A stretch of 64,000 bases of DNA. Origin: a virus. Of this stretch, positions 20,650 to 30,692 are shown piece after piece (position 1 is the stretch's first letter; each line of letters starts with the position of its first letter). Under the pieces are notes generated by a model that saw only the letters and a program-made list of their open reading frames with translations, searched no databases and was not told where the DNA came from. The DNA lies in the IMG/VR virus record IMGVR_UViG_3300033141_003544, positions 41,578 through 105,577 of that record; one strand, written 5' to 3'. Both the position numbers and the translations under genes were made by a program.

Positions 20650-21024
20650 GTTCGCTCATAGCATTACCAACCCATCAGGCAACAATTTCCCGTCCTGCCA
20701 CACAAAAGAAAATTCAATACCATCGCATGTTGCAATTCCGACACAAGACGGGAATAATCCTGTTCTTTTGAGTCCAATAACCACATCTTTTACCATACTT
20801 ATCTCTTTTTTCTCATTTTGTCTTTTCTATATGTCTTTACAACAGTATTTAAATCTAGTTTAGTTCCACATTTTATACATAAATCCTTCATCGGTGGATA
20901 GATTAAATTGTGAGCTCCACAATGTGGACATATAATAACCATTTGATTTTTCCTTTCAATTATTGTAATATAAGACTTTCTTATTGAATATTCAACTTTT
21001 TAATAAAAATTTTAAAAAAATATA

Positions 21025-21342
21025 TTAATTATAAAATTTATCTAAAACTTTTTCCACGTCTTCTGGAAATCGAGTTTTCCTCAGTTTTTGGATTTGATAT
21101 ACTGCTTCGTTGTATAATTCTTTCTCATGCTTTAATAAACCAGTTGTAATAAAATGTTTAATGGCTTCCATTATAAAAACAGACAAGGGCATATTAGCGT
21201 AACTCTTTCCAGTAGCAAACAATATACAAGCCATCATAAACTCTCTTTCATCTACTTTTGGGGAAAAAGTAATTGGTCTTCTTCTACAGTTTAACCTATC
21301 TTCTTCAAGCATTACTTTTAGTACACGTGGTATGTTACTCAT
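21025..21342 (-). CDS. hypothetical protein
   Basis: Coupled ORF. Confidence 0.6.
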   Translation of the reverse strand: MSNIPRVLKVMLEEDRLNCRRRPITFSPKVDEREFMMACILFATGKSYANMPLSVFIMEAIKHFITTGLLKHEKELYNEAVYQIQKLRKTRFPEDVEKVLDKFYN

Positions 21343-21763
21343 CTTTCATTTCCTCTTTAGAGTTAATTATTTTATTTTGTTTTTCAGTATCTTTTTTCCA
21401 AAACTCTGCTTTATCTAATTGTTCTTGTATAGTATTAATAAAATCCCGTACATGTGCACCGTGACGAAAAATAAACTCTTCCTCATATGTTATTTCACCT
21501 TTGAATAGTACTATAAATGCATTTTTTATACGTCTCCATATGTCAACCCAACAATTGCTGTTCCCCCAAGGAGCAGGTCCTCTTACTTTAGTAAAGAATT
21601 CTAATGAATAATAGGGTTCTTCAATTTTTATATCTTTTCCACTCCACCCACTATAATCTACCGAAAAAATTATACTATGATTATCACTTCCACACCTACA
21701 AGTAGTTTTAAATGTGGGAATATCTTCATCATAATAAGCCATATTTTCAATATTTGTATTCAT
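21335..21763 (-). CDS. hypothetical protein
   Basis: GGAGG SD; CRCGS. Confidence 0.6.
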   Translation of the reverse strand: MNTNIENMAYYDEDIPTFKTTCRCGSDNHSIIFSVDYSGWSGKDIKIEEPYYSLEFFTKVRGPAPWGNSNCWVDIWRRIKNAFIVLFKGEITYEEEFIFRHGAHVRDFINTIQEQLDKAEFWKKDTEKQNKIINSKEEMKDE

Positions 21764-22689
21764 TTTATTCCTCCAATTTTTTTTCCCTTCAAGAAACTTT
21801 TTAAATTATTTTCTGACTGATTATCAATTATTTCTATATCAAAATTTAATCTTTCATATTCTTTTAATCTTTTTTTGCTCCATTTCTCTAATAGACCTCC
21901 GTCTATATCATAAAAGTCATATATTATAGCTTCTTTTTTTCCTTTACATATTGTTAATACTCTTCCTGCTATTTGGATTGTTTTTTTGTCTTTTGCTTGA
22001 CCAGAAGCATTGAACACACAATCCATAGCTGGTAAATCAACTCCCTCGTTCAAAAGTGTAGATATAAGGACTGGATTTTCTTTCGAACTAAAACTATCTA
22101 ATATCCTTTTTCTTTCTTCTGAATCTTTTGTATTTCCATATAGTGTAATAGCTTCTGGTATTAATTCTTCTAATACATTTCCTTGCTCCACAATCTCTGT
22201 GCAAGCAATTAAGATAGATTGCCCCCTTTTTAAAACATTTTGTATTGTACCCCGTAATATGGAATTCCTACGGGTGTTTCTAAAGATACCTTCAACCTTT
22301 GCTTGTCTTACATTTTTATAAGCTTTCGGATGATTCAGTTTATACATATACACTTTACCTTGAACAAGATAACCATCTTTAGTTAAATCTTCGACTGAAA
22401 CAAAATCTATAACTCTTCCTGTAGCCATTTCTAATAGTTTTCTTTCATTACTATTTGGTGATCCAGGACTAGCGGTAAACCCAAATCTATAATAAGCATT
22501 TTCACAACGCATAGTTATTGTGAAATAAGAATTGTAAATATTTTTTTCACTAAAATTTATATGGTGACTGTTAGAAACTAAAACTCCATCAACAAAGAGG
22601 TTATGGTCTTTACCCCCTACAGTTATATCAAAAACCTCTTCTTCATCTTCTATTTCAATTGACTCTATTGTACCTTTTATTACTTGCAT
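21760..22689 (-). CDS. Split-intein C-fragment (40 aa) + C-terminal half of UvsW-like SF2 helicase
   Basis: VFDITV..HNLFVDGVLVSN|SHH; FGFTASP, EGVDLP, QIAGRVL. Confidence 0.9.
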   Translation of the reverse strand: MQVIKGTIESIEIEDEEEVFDITVGGKDHNLFVDGVLVSNSHHINFSEKNIYNSYFTITMRCENAYYRFGFTASPGSPNSNERKLLEMATGRVIDFVSVEDLTKDGYLVQGKVYMYKLNHPKAYKNVRQAKVEGIFRNTRRNSILRGTIQNVLKRGQSILIACTEIVEQGNVLEELIPEAITLYGNTKDSEERKRILDSFSSKENPVLISTLLNEGVDLPAMDCVFNASGQAKDKKTIQIAGRVLTICKGKKEAIIYDFYDIDGGLLEKWSKKRLKEYERLNFDIEIIDNQSENNLKSFLKGKKIGGIK

Positions 22690-23362
22690 CCGTATAAGTT
22701 TTCCTTAATTTTAGTAATTGTTTAAACTTTTTATGTTTCCTATTCAAGCAAATAGTTGAACCCCTATATATTTCTTTACATATTAAATAAACTTGATTAT
22801 TACCTCTAACCTGAAATCGGTATATTGCTTCATGATGTTTTTTTCTATGATATATATGAGAAAAATTCAAATTTAAACATTCATTAAAATAATCTCTAAT
22901 AAATTCCAAAACTGTTTTAGTACCTGTAACCCCAAAAATAAAATTAGGTCTTTCAGAATTTAAACCAAAACTTCCATCTCCATCAAAATAACCCCTTATC
23001 CAGTGCCTAATTAAATCTTTCTGAAGTATTGGGGGTTTTAAAATCAAAGATTTTGCCCCTCTAGGTATTCCATTATCTTCTAAATTTTTTGTAAACTGTT
23101 TTGAACATACTGTAATCCTTTTACTATGAAATGTTTTATCCCCAATAACTTTTGTTCTAGTTTTAATAGGTCTATCAGTTTTAATATGACGTTTGAACTT
23201 TTCTAAGTGTTTCAAATCTTTTTCACTAAAATTCAAATATAGAGTGCCATTTTTAGAGATATGACCATCTGCTGCAATCATACCTAACCAATAAGCTTTC
23301 TTTTGAGTATTAATATTTTTAAAAAAATTAACATCTAAGGTATATCTTGTGTTTTTATGCAT
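22655..23362 (-). mobile_element. Free-standing LAGLIDADG endonuclease between the split-intein halves
   Basis: YWLGMIAADG, WIRGYFDGDG; ATG 23362 with AGGAG SD (track start 23404). Confidence 0.9.
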
Positions 23363-24315
23363 GTTAAGTTGTCTCCTATTTTTAAATGTTTGGCTTTCAC
23401 CCAATGATCATTTACCAAAATTTTATGATCACCTGAACATCTAATAATATAAGAGATGTTTTCATCACATGCAACCTTTATTTTATAGATCTTCTGTTTT
23501 TTTGGTTTCTTAACAATGTTTATAATATTATTACCATAACACAAATTTATATCTTTGTCATAAGATATAATACATTCATTTTTGTAATTTAAATACAATT
23601 CCCCTAATGTTTTATATGAAAGATCTGCCATCAGTATTTTAGCAGATGAGGGTAAACATTCATCAATTAAGATACATCTTATACTATCTAGAAATTTTTT
23701 ACACTCTCCAGTATCTAATCTATTTATCAAAGTTTGGACTGTAGCAACTGTTATTGGTTGAGGATCCCATAATCCGTTACCAATTATTCCTATATTTAAA
23801 TCAAATAACCGACTCATCACATTATGTATTTGTTTTAATAATGTCTTTTGATTAACTAATATTAATACACCATATCCAACTTCTCCAGCTATCATACCCA
23901 TTATCAATGTTTTACCTGATCTTGTAGGGTGATATATAATTCCTCGGGTTACTTCAAAGGCCTCCTCAAAGGCTCTTTTTTGGTACCAACGAGGGTTCAT
24001 TTTGATACCCTTTTCATTAAGATATGTGATGGGGATAGGTGAATTTTTTGGTTTACATCTTTTGTCCAAAAAATTTGGAGCATTTTTTGAATTTTTGAGA
24101 AGTTCCAAAATTTTTGGCGCTAGTCCTGATGGGAAATAAGAGGCTTTTCTATCAAAATATCTTTTTTTTATCATTCTTTTTTTAATATATTTCTTTTGAA
24201 CATAATCCCATTTAAACTCAGGAAAGACTATTGAACAGACTTTTTCAATGGCTTCAAGTTGGGCCAGGTCAGGGTTTCGCACCTCTGTATATGAATTGTT
24301 AACAATTAAATCCAT
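23335..24315 (-). CDS. N-terminal half of UvsW-like SF2 helicase + split-intein N-fragment (107 aa)
   Basis: RWYQ, PTRSGKT, ILIDE|CLPSS...SGDHKI...LKIGD. Confidence 0.9.
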   Translation of the reverse strand: MDLIVNNSYTEVRNPDLAQLEAIEKVCSIVFPEFKWDYVQKKYIKKRMIKKRYFDRKASYFPSGLAPKILELLKNSKNAPNFLDKRCKPKNSPIPITYLNEKGIKMNPRWYQKRAFEEAFEVTRGIIYHPTRSGKTLIMGMIAGEVGYGVLILVNQKTLLKQIHNVMSRLFDLNIGIIGNGLWDPQPITVATVQTLINRLDTGECKKFLDSIRCILIDECLPSSAKILMADLSYKTLGELYLNYKNECIISYDKDINLCYGNNIINIVKKPKKQKIYKIKVACDENISYIIRCSGDHKILVNDHWVKAKHLKIGDNLTCIKTQDIP

Positions 24316-24363
24316 AGTTTAATTAACCTTCAATTGATACACCTTTGATTTAATTATTTCTTA

Positions 24364-24576
24364 CTATCTTAATATAGTTTTTATAAAATTTATTGTTACC
24401 ATAATAATTGTTCCAAGACAGAGACTACCTATAATTATATTAGAAACTTTCTCTATTCTTCTATCTGATTTTTTTTGCCTCTCAATTTCATCATCAGTTA
24501 ATGTTACAAATATAGGTAATGATCGCTTAGACATTATCACCTTCCGATTATTACTTCTATCTCCATGATAAGGCAT
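24364..24576 (-). CDS. small membrane protein
   Basis: AGGAGG SD; C-terminal hydrophobic helix. Confidence 0.55.
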   Translation of the reverse strand: MPYHGDRSNNRKVIMSKRSLPIFVTLTDDEIERQKKSDRRIEKVSNIIIGSLCLGTIIMVTINFIKTILR

Positions 24577-24677
24577 AATACCCTCCTTTTGGGTTTCACA
24601 CTTCCGTATATGAATTGCTAACAATTAAATCCATATCTCATTTAATACGTTTTTGCGACCGATTAACATAATTAACA

Positions 24678-25328
24678 TTATATTTCCTCCAAATTTTTTA
24701 CCTTTTCAAAAATATCACTAATTATAAAAAAATACCAACTAACCATTTGGTTAGAAACCTTCAATTCTGTAGCTATCGTAGAATACATTATAGAAGGATC
24801 TTTTAATTTCATTTTAAAGGCTTTCAGAACTTTTGGATTGCCTTTTGATAGTTTCTTTTCAACCTCTTTTACATAAAAATAAAATAAATCAGTACCATCA
24901 TTTATGGGTTCAAGAACCGATTTGTTTTTTATCTGGTTAAAAAATTTTTCCTCAAACAATAATTTATCTCCATCCTCTCCTCTTTTTTTGGTTTCCATAG
25001 AAATAGTATGAAACTCTTTAGTTATCTTCTTTATTTCCTTAATTAATTCCTGTTCCATACTCATCCTTAAAAAAGAGATTATTTTACCCTTTCCTTTTTT
25101 ATAGGAATATTTCCTTAAACCTTTCAACAGCCCTATTTTTAAAACAGCCTCAAAATCGCTTCTACATCTTACTCCAGTAGGGTCATAATATTTTTGAAGA
25201 TCTATTAAACCCCTGGCCATACTCCATAATTTTCCAAAAACTGTCTCATCACCATTTTGAAAACGGTTGACCAATTCGGCATAATCTTGATTAGTCAATT
25301 TCTTTGTTGTGATCAAAACTATCTCCAA
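24678..25328 (-). CDS. Phage sigma70-like RNA polymerase sigma factor
   Basis: LVNRFQNGD, DFEAVLKIGLLKGLRKY (region 2); STIATELKVSNQMVS (region 4 HTH). Confidence 0.7.
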   Translation of the reverse strand: MEIVLITTKKLTNQDYAELVNRFQNGDETVFGKLWSMARGLIDLQKYYDPTGVRCRSDFEAVLKIGLLKGLRKYSYKKGKGKIISFLRMSMEQELIKEIKKITKEFHTISMETKKRGEDGDKLLFEEKFFNQIKNKSVLEPINDGTDLFYFYVKEVEKKLSKGNPKVLKAFKMKLKDPSIMYSTIATELKVSNQMVSWYFFIISDIFEKVKNLEEI

Positions 25329-25482
25329 TAAGATAAATTATACTGTCTGGAGGGTCTATATGTTGTTCCAATTGAATTCTACTTGAATCTATTGGTATAG
25401 GCTTTTGTTCGTTCTTATACCTACATGGTTCAATATTGTACAATATTGCACAGATACCTAAAAAAATCAAAAACTCCTTCAT
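25291..25482 (-). CDS. small secreted/membrane protein
   Basis: N-terminal hydrophobic segment. Confidence 0.5.
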   Translation of the reverse strand: MKEFLIFLGICAILYNIEPCRYKNEQKPIPIDSSRIQLEQHIDPPDSIIYLIGDSFDHNKEID

Positions 25483-25544
25483 TATAACCTTTCTTTTTCA
25501 AATTCAAAAAATCTCCAAATTTGGTTTATAAATTTTGCAATTAT

Positions 25545-25573
25545 AATATACAAACCAAATTAAAAACTTGCAA
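25545..25573 (-). promoter_or_regulatory. sigma70-type promoter
   Basis: TTGCAA-N17-TATATT. Confidence 0.65.
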
Positions 25574-25583
25574 CTTTCATTTT

Positions 25584-26153
25584 TTATTTCCCCCACAACT
25601 TATTTATCAAAATTCTTGCAATATAGCCATAAATACTAAGATCTCTAAAACTGTCTATAATTGGTTCATTTTTAGGGGTACGTTTTTGTACTATCAACAG
25701 ATTAAACAACCTTTCGGCTTTATCATGCATACGCCATACAAGTCCTTCTAGGTATAACTTGAACTGTTTTTCATCCTCCATTGCACCATCTGGAGCAATA
25801 TTGGTCGTACCATAATCCATCTGTTTTTTGCAAAAAAGTTCAAAATCTTCTTGCTGTAGATCTAAAATTTTATTTATCATTTCAGGATAACATTTTTTAC
25901 AGTAACCTATTGGATCATCATCTTTATGTTTTACTTCCAATTCAGTTACTGTTCCCATTTGATTTACAGTAGCTTTTAGGTCTGGTTTTGTAAGGCGAAT
26001 TCTAGGATCTTCCTCACTATATATATGATTATTCCCTGTTTGATCTTGCTTTTCTTCTATAACTACAGTCATACCACATTTAGGGCATTTATATAAAAAC
26101 TGAGTATGGTGAAATTTCATTGTTCTGTCACATTTTTCACATATTATGTTCAT
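25584..26153 (-). CDS. Zinc ribbon + Nmad1/DUF1599 protein
   Basis: KKQMDYG, RMHDKAERL, EPIIDSFRDLSIY. Confidence 0.75.
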   Translation of the reverse strand: MNIICEKCDRTMKFHHTQFLYKCPKCGMTVVIEEKQDQTGNNHIYSEEDPRIRLTKPDLKATVNQMGTVTELEVKHKDDDPIGYCKKCYPEMINKILDLQQEDFELFCKKQMDYGTTNIAPDGAMEDEKQFKLYLEGLVWRMHDKAERLFNLLIVQKRTPKNEPIIDSFRDLSIYGYIARILINKLWGK

Positions 26154-26156
26154 TAT

Positions 26157-28610
26157 TTACTCCTCAAATATTTTTGGTTGTTCTCTATATACTGGTTTCA
26201 TTGTGAAAGTTTCACCAATAAATTCAAACTCGGCTATCACTCCGAAACCTGCTCTCCCACTATTCTGTTTTGCAATATTAACTTCACAAATATCCTCTAA
26301 TATAGTACTATCATAATAAGACTCCCTGTACAATAACATAACCAACCTTGCCACCTCTTCAAAAGCTCCGCTGTCTTTTAAATCAACCAAAGTGGGTCTT
26401 TTATTCCTTCTTGCTTCGGCTCTTCTTTGAATTTGTACTACAAGACAAATATGTATATTTAACTCTTCCGCAATTTGTGATAATATACCCAATTTAGTTC
26501 CAACTGTAGTGGGTTTATCCTTTACAACATTAACATCAGCTAACTTATCAAACAGGTCTATAAATACAATATCTAAACCAAATCTTCTTTTGATATATCT
26601 TAATTTATATTTTAAATCAGTAGTGGTTAAAGTTCTTGATACTATATAATGGTGATTCCAATACTTGTTAATGTAAACATTTGCATCATGTATCTTTTTT
26701 ATTCTCCCATCTGTATTTGACCACTCTTTAGATCTAACTATTTCCTTGAAAGGGATATTTGTAAGGCAAGAATCTGTACGATCCTGTTCAGTCTCTAAAC
26801 TGTGTTCTGTATTAACTTCACAAACTTTATAACCTCTATTACATAAATTTACAGTTAAATTCTTTCGAAAAGTAGAATTATGTGTAACTATAAAATCATC
26901 TGTTACATATAAATCGTCTTCTACAGTAATACATTTGCATTCTTGTTCACCTACTGACTTGATATTTTTTATATACCATGGTTGTGGATTTTTATGGTTG
27001 TATTTTAAAAATAAACTCTTTTTTCTTTTACAAAATACTGGGATTAAATCTTTTGACAGTTTAAAGTTTATCCTATAACTAACTCTACCCTTTTTCTTCA
27101 CTCCTTTTGAAATATAAGTTGGGATACGAGTTTTATGAATAACAACAGAACCTCCTAACGATTTCACTAGAAATACAATGTCATCTAATAACAATTTTGA
27201 AACTGTTTCAAAATTAATATAACAGTCTGATCCTCTTAAATTTTTTTCAGTTTCTTTAGTACGTATACAGCCATCTATATCTATCAAACCCCTAAGTAAT
27301 TCCAGTCTGTCCTCTATTGAGGATAAAATATAATCCTCAGGAATAAATTTGTCCCAATTATGTCTCCCTCTTAAACCTAAATCTTGTAACAATTTGTCTA
27401 CTTTCGCTTCTCTCCCTTTTTCTCCTTTTTTTGTCTTCCCACAAAAATTAAAATGTGAAGTATTATTTTTTCTTTTTTCTTCTTTTAATTCATCTTCAAC
27501 TGGCAACAGTAAATGAACCCTCTTTCCAATATCTATATCTTTTGTAGTAAAACCTATAGTATTACCTGATAAACAACTATTACCTAATAAAACACCTAAA
27601 ATATAAGGGTGAATGAGTAAATTCCGTTTTTCAAATTCTATAGGTTTAACCTGGTCAATAGAGTGACTAAATCTAGGATAAACATTATTGACTTTAAGGG
27701 TTTCTAATATCTCTTTTAATGGTTTAACGGTTGGAGTTTTACCAATTCCTTCATTGTATCTTTTTTGTTTCCAACTCTTTCTTTTTTTATGATTTCTGGT
27801 AAGCCATAAATGATCCAACGTACATCTTGTTTTTAGACCTGTGGATAAAGTTATTTCAAAAATCTCCTTTTTATTTTGAGGGTGAATTGCTAATACCTTC
27901 TTAATTTTTCCATCCCCACCAATAATTTTATCTCCAACATTAATTTCTCCCATAGTGGTCCAACCGTTTGGTGTTAATATTTTGCTATATAACGGTTGCG
28001 CTTTGGCCATCCCAGGTCTACCAGCAATAACAGATATATATTTTTTAGGGAAACCTTCACTTAATAGTTCATCTAAGTTTCTAAAACCAGACATTATGGG
28101 TTCAATTTCATCTCTTCTTTTCAGGATCTTTACTCTTTCCTCAAAAGCATCAACACCAGTGGAGATAACCGAAATATCTGACCTTATCAAGTTTAACTTA
28201 TTTAAAAGTTTATCATTTTTATGTAGGACTTCTTGGGGATCAACCCCATCAACTATCTCCTTTTCAAATTTACTAAAATGAGTTAATAGTTCTCTACTTG
28301 AATAGTATTTTATCAGAGTATCTATAGATTCTTGATATTCTTTCTGGGTTTTGAACCTATTTTCAATACATTCCTCTATAAACTCTGAGCTTACCTTTGA
28401 ATTTAGATTTTTACTTTTCAAAAAATCAAAAAGCAACAAATTATTAACAGTTCTATTATTATCCAGTAAAAATATAAGACTCTGATATAAAATTCTTGTT
28501 CTTTGGTCACTAAATACTTCCGGTTTTAAGTTCACTAGAACTGTTGGAACTGACTCTTCTTTTATCAGAGCTCCGATAACTGCTTTTTCAACCTCTATAT
28601 TATCTAAAAT
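26157..28610 (-). CDS. dnaB: Replicative DnaB helicase, intein-containing; probable ATT start
   Basis: NIEVEKAVIGALI lies upstream of track start 28535; AGRPGMAK|ST; RPTLVDLKDSGAFEE; IAKQN. Confidence 0.9.
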   Translation of the reverse strand: MLDNIEVEKAVIGALIKEESVPTVLVNLKPEVFSDQRTRILYQSLIFLLDNNRTVNNLLLFDFLKSKNLNSKVSSEFIEECIENRFKTQKEYQESIDTLIKYYSSRELLTHFSKFEKEIVDGVDPQEVLHKNDKLLNKLNLIRSDISVISTGVDAFEERVKILKRRDEIEPIMSGFRNLDELLSEGFPKKYISVIAGRPGMAKAQPLYSKILTPNGWTTMGEINVGDKIIGGDGKIKKVLAIHPQNKKEIFEITLSTGLKTRCTLDHLWLTRNHKKRKSWKQKRYNEGIGKTPTVKPLKEILETLKVNNVYPRFSHSIDQVKPIEFEKRNLLIHPYILGVLLGNSCLSGNTIGFTTKDIDIGKRVHLLLPVEDELKEEKRKNNTSHFNFCGKTKKGEKGREAKVDKLLQDLGLRGRHNWDKFIPEDYILSSIEDRLELLRGLIDIDGCIRTKETEKNLRGSDCYINFETVSKLLLDDIVFLVKSLGGSVVIHKTRIPTYISKGVKKKGRVSYRINFKLSKDLIPVFCKRKKSLFLKYNHKNPQPWYIKNIKSVGEQECKCITVEDDLYVTDDFIVTHNSTFRKNLTVNLCNRGYKVCEVNTEHSLETEQDRTDSCLTNIPFKEIVRSKEWSNTDGRIKKIHDANVYINKYWNHHYIVSRTLTTTDLKYKLRYIKRRFGLDIVFIDLFDKLADVNVVKDKPTTVGTKLGILSQIAEELNIHICLVVQIQRRAEARRNKRPTLVDLKDSGAFEEVARLVMLLYRESYYDSTILEDICEVNIAKQNSGRAGFGVIAEFEFIGETFTMKPVYREQPKIFEE
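26877..28001 (-). mobile_element. Class 3 (Ala1) intein, 375 aa, with LAGLIDADG domain, in DnaB P-loop
   Basis: K|AQPL..DHLW..CKCITV..VTHN|S (WCT triplet); LRGLIDIDG. Confidence 0.9.
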
Positions 28611-28612
28611 AA

Positions 28613-29173
28613 TTACACCTCAATCTTTTTCATCTTACTAATAAATTTAGCTATTGCAGTTCCCACATTCTCCTCAATTTCTCTTAAATTATTATCGGTG
28701 GTAATTATTAAGTGCTGTCCGTTATAACGATCTTGAACTAACAAACTATATATAAGCCTACATTGAGAAGGAGATAGAGACAAACTACCAAGATCATTAA
28801 AAAGCACTATATCTGACAATGAACTAGTCCATTGAAGATTTTCTAATTCCTCATTTTGAGAAAAATTGTTTAATGTAAAAGGAAAAGATGGAACTTGAAT
28901 AATACATACCCTCTTTGTAATTTTACCTTTCTTTATTATCTGGTTTATAATCCATACCCCTGTTTCAAAAGCAGAGAAATAAGAAGTCTTACTCTCTTGA
29001 TGTCTTTCGAATATAAAGAGTGATTTTTCTTTGTTATTTGGAAATTGCTCTATATAGTCTTTTAAATATTCTAACACACCATCCGATAAATTACCAGGTT
29101 TTTTATCATCAACATTTATTTTTTTGTAGGTATTAAAAGGTACACCCCAAAGCAAAGCCGAATTAAGTTTCAT
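28613..29173 (-). CDS. Degenerate DnaC/IstB-like helicase loader
   Basis: IVLFNDLG..DRY..IITTD; no Walker A; lies between initiator and DnaB. Confidence 0.6.
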   Translation of the reverse strand: MKLNSALLWGVPFNTYKKINVDDKKPGNLSDGVLEYLKDYIEQFPNNKEKSLFIFERHQESKTSYFSAFETGVWIINQIIKKGKITKRVCIIQVPSFPFTLNNFSQNEELENLQWTSSLSDIVLFNDLGSLSLSPSQCRLIYSLLVQDRYNGQHLIITTDNNLREIEENVGTAIAKFISKMKKIEV

Positions 29174-30174
29174 CTGATAATCTCTTCTTGACTTATGATA
29201 TTTGAATTTCTGTTAACATTTTTCTGTATTTGATATTTTGTCCAATGTCTTTCCATCATTGTAAAACTGTCTATCTTGTCTCTCCAAAATTTATTAGTTG
29301 TAAAATAAATGTAACCTTTTTCTACATCAGAGGAACCATAAGAAGATACTAATCTTAAAGCGGACTGATAGTTCACAAAATCCCATGTCCTTGGAATTTT
29401 AACTCCTTTTTCATATAAATTCATCTTCAAGTTATCTTTTAATTTTACAGCACTCAAACCTCTATTTCTTTTTATGGCTCTTTTAAGATGAAGTATTAAA
29501 GCTTTTCCTTTTGTTTCTTTATCAGTAGAACGTAATAAAGAACCTATAGAGAAATTATCTGTGTTTTCCTCGTGCGCGCGTGGTACGTATCCTTTAAGGG
29601 TATTAATCAAGATTTCTTGTTTTTTACTATTTTGTTTTTTATTATTTTGTTTTTTACTATTTTGTTTTTTATTATTTTGTTTTTTATTATTGACACTTAG
29701 TGTTTTCTCATTTTGCGGTTTTTTGTCTGTGTTTTCTTCTGTGTTTTTGATTGTATCTTTATACTGTGTTTCTGTGTTTTCTTCTGTGTTAATGGAGTTT
29801 TGTTGTTTGGTGTTGTTAGTGTTTTCTTCTGTGTTTTCGTTTTTTGTTTTTAATGTTTTCCACTCTGTGTTTTTGTCCATTATAAAATCAAAAGCGGTTT
29901 CGACGTCTTTTTGAAAAATATTAATGTCTGTATAAGCTGAAAATAGGTCTTCAAGTGTCTCTTTTGGGTTGGGTGTTTTATTGTTTGCCATTTTCTCTAA
30001 AAGGTAAATTATAATGACTTTATGAAGGATGTTGTAATCTTTAGAACATAATATTTTAAGATAATTAGAAGGTGATGTTTCTGAATTGTACTCAGGTTTC
30101 ATAACTTTATCCTTTAATTTTTGTAAGTGACCGATTATAGCTTGGAAGGAGGTGAGTTTTGTATAATCGGTCAC
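29170..30174 (-). CDS. Putative replication initiator with internal repeats
   Basis: Upstream of loader and DnaB; low-complexity N/T/K/Q middle; FWRDKIDSF C-terminus. Confidence 0.55.
   Translation of the reverse strand: MTDYTKLTSFQAIIGHLQKLKDKVMKPEYNSETSPSNYLKILCSKDYNILHKVIIIYLLEKMANNKTPNPKETLEDLFSAYTDINIFQKDVETAFDFIMDKNTEWKTLKTKNENTEENTNNTKQQNSINTEENTETQYKDTIKNTEENTDKKPQNEKTLSVNNKKQNNKKQNSKKQNNKKQNSKKQEILINTLKGYVPRAHEENTDNFSIGSLLRSTDKETKGKALILHLKRAIKRNRGLSAVKLKDNLKMNLYEKGVKIPRTWDFVNYQSALRLVSSYGSSDVEKGYIYFTTNKFWRDKIDSFTMMERHWTKYQIQKNVNRNSNIISQEEIIR
29558..29840. repeat. Iteron-like repeats in the initiator gene (candidate origin)
   Basis: About 4x GTGTTTTC(T/C)TC(T)GTG (NTEENT) and about 5x 15-bp KKQN(N/S) units. 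Confidence 0.6.
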
Positions 30175-30371
30175 TTAGTCATTTTTGTTAATACAATAAA
30201 GTTGTTTTTTTGAAAATTATAAAATAACATTAGATCTATTCATCTTCAGAATTTATATCTATAAATCTTTCAACTATAATTACTACAATTGAATATATAA
30301 TAATTATTAAAGATGGGTCTATTTCAACTAAACTTTCCACAATTATACCTCAAAATTTTTATTTTATTGTT

Positions 30372-30638
30372 AATATAATACCGAAAGTTACCCATATCAA
30401 CTTTTTGGTATCATAAAGTTATTAACTGTATCCATAAACCTTGTGTTCAATCGAAGGTGTATCTCATTTTTAGGTCAATTTAAGGTATACATGGAAAGTT
30501 TTCGGTTTTTAATTCAACCCACTTAAAAGTTAACTTTTTTGTAAGTGATTATTTATTGTAAATAATATACAAACTTTTTTGATTATTGTCAACAGTTTTT
30601 AAAAAGAAAGTTGATAGTTTTAAATTTGGAGATATATT
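30372..30638. promoter_or_regulatory. Divergent promoter region
   Basis: Minus: TTGATA-17-TATATT (30372-30400) and TTGACA-17-TATATT (30564-30592). Plus: TTGATA-16-TATATT (30611-30638). Confidence 0.7.
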
Positions 30639-30692
30639 AAATACAATTATATACAATTTATTTTAACATTTTAGTAAACTTAGGAGGAATAG

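Noticed and set aside
22655-23404. One contiguous intein broken by sequencing errors
   Set aside because: It would need two indels, and both the endonuclease and IntC have their own SD+ATG. Less likely but not excluded without reads.
4500-29914. Plus-strand ORFs within the left arm (e.g. 5410, 9173, 19667, 22010, 27955, 29561)
   Set aside because: Antisense shadows of well-supported minus-strand genes.
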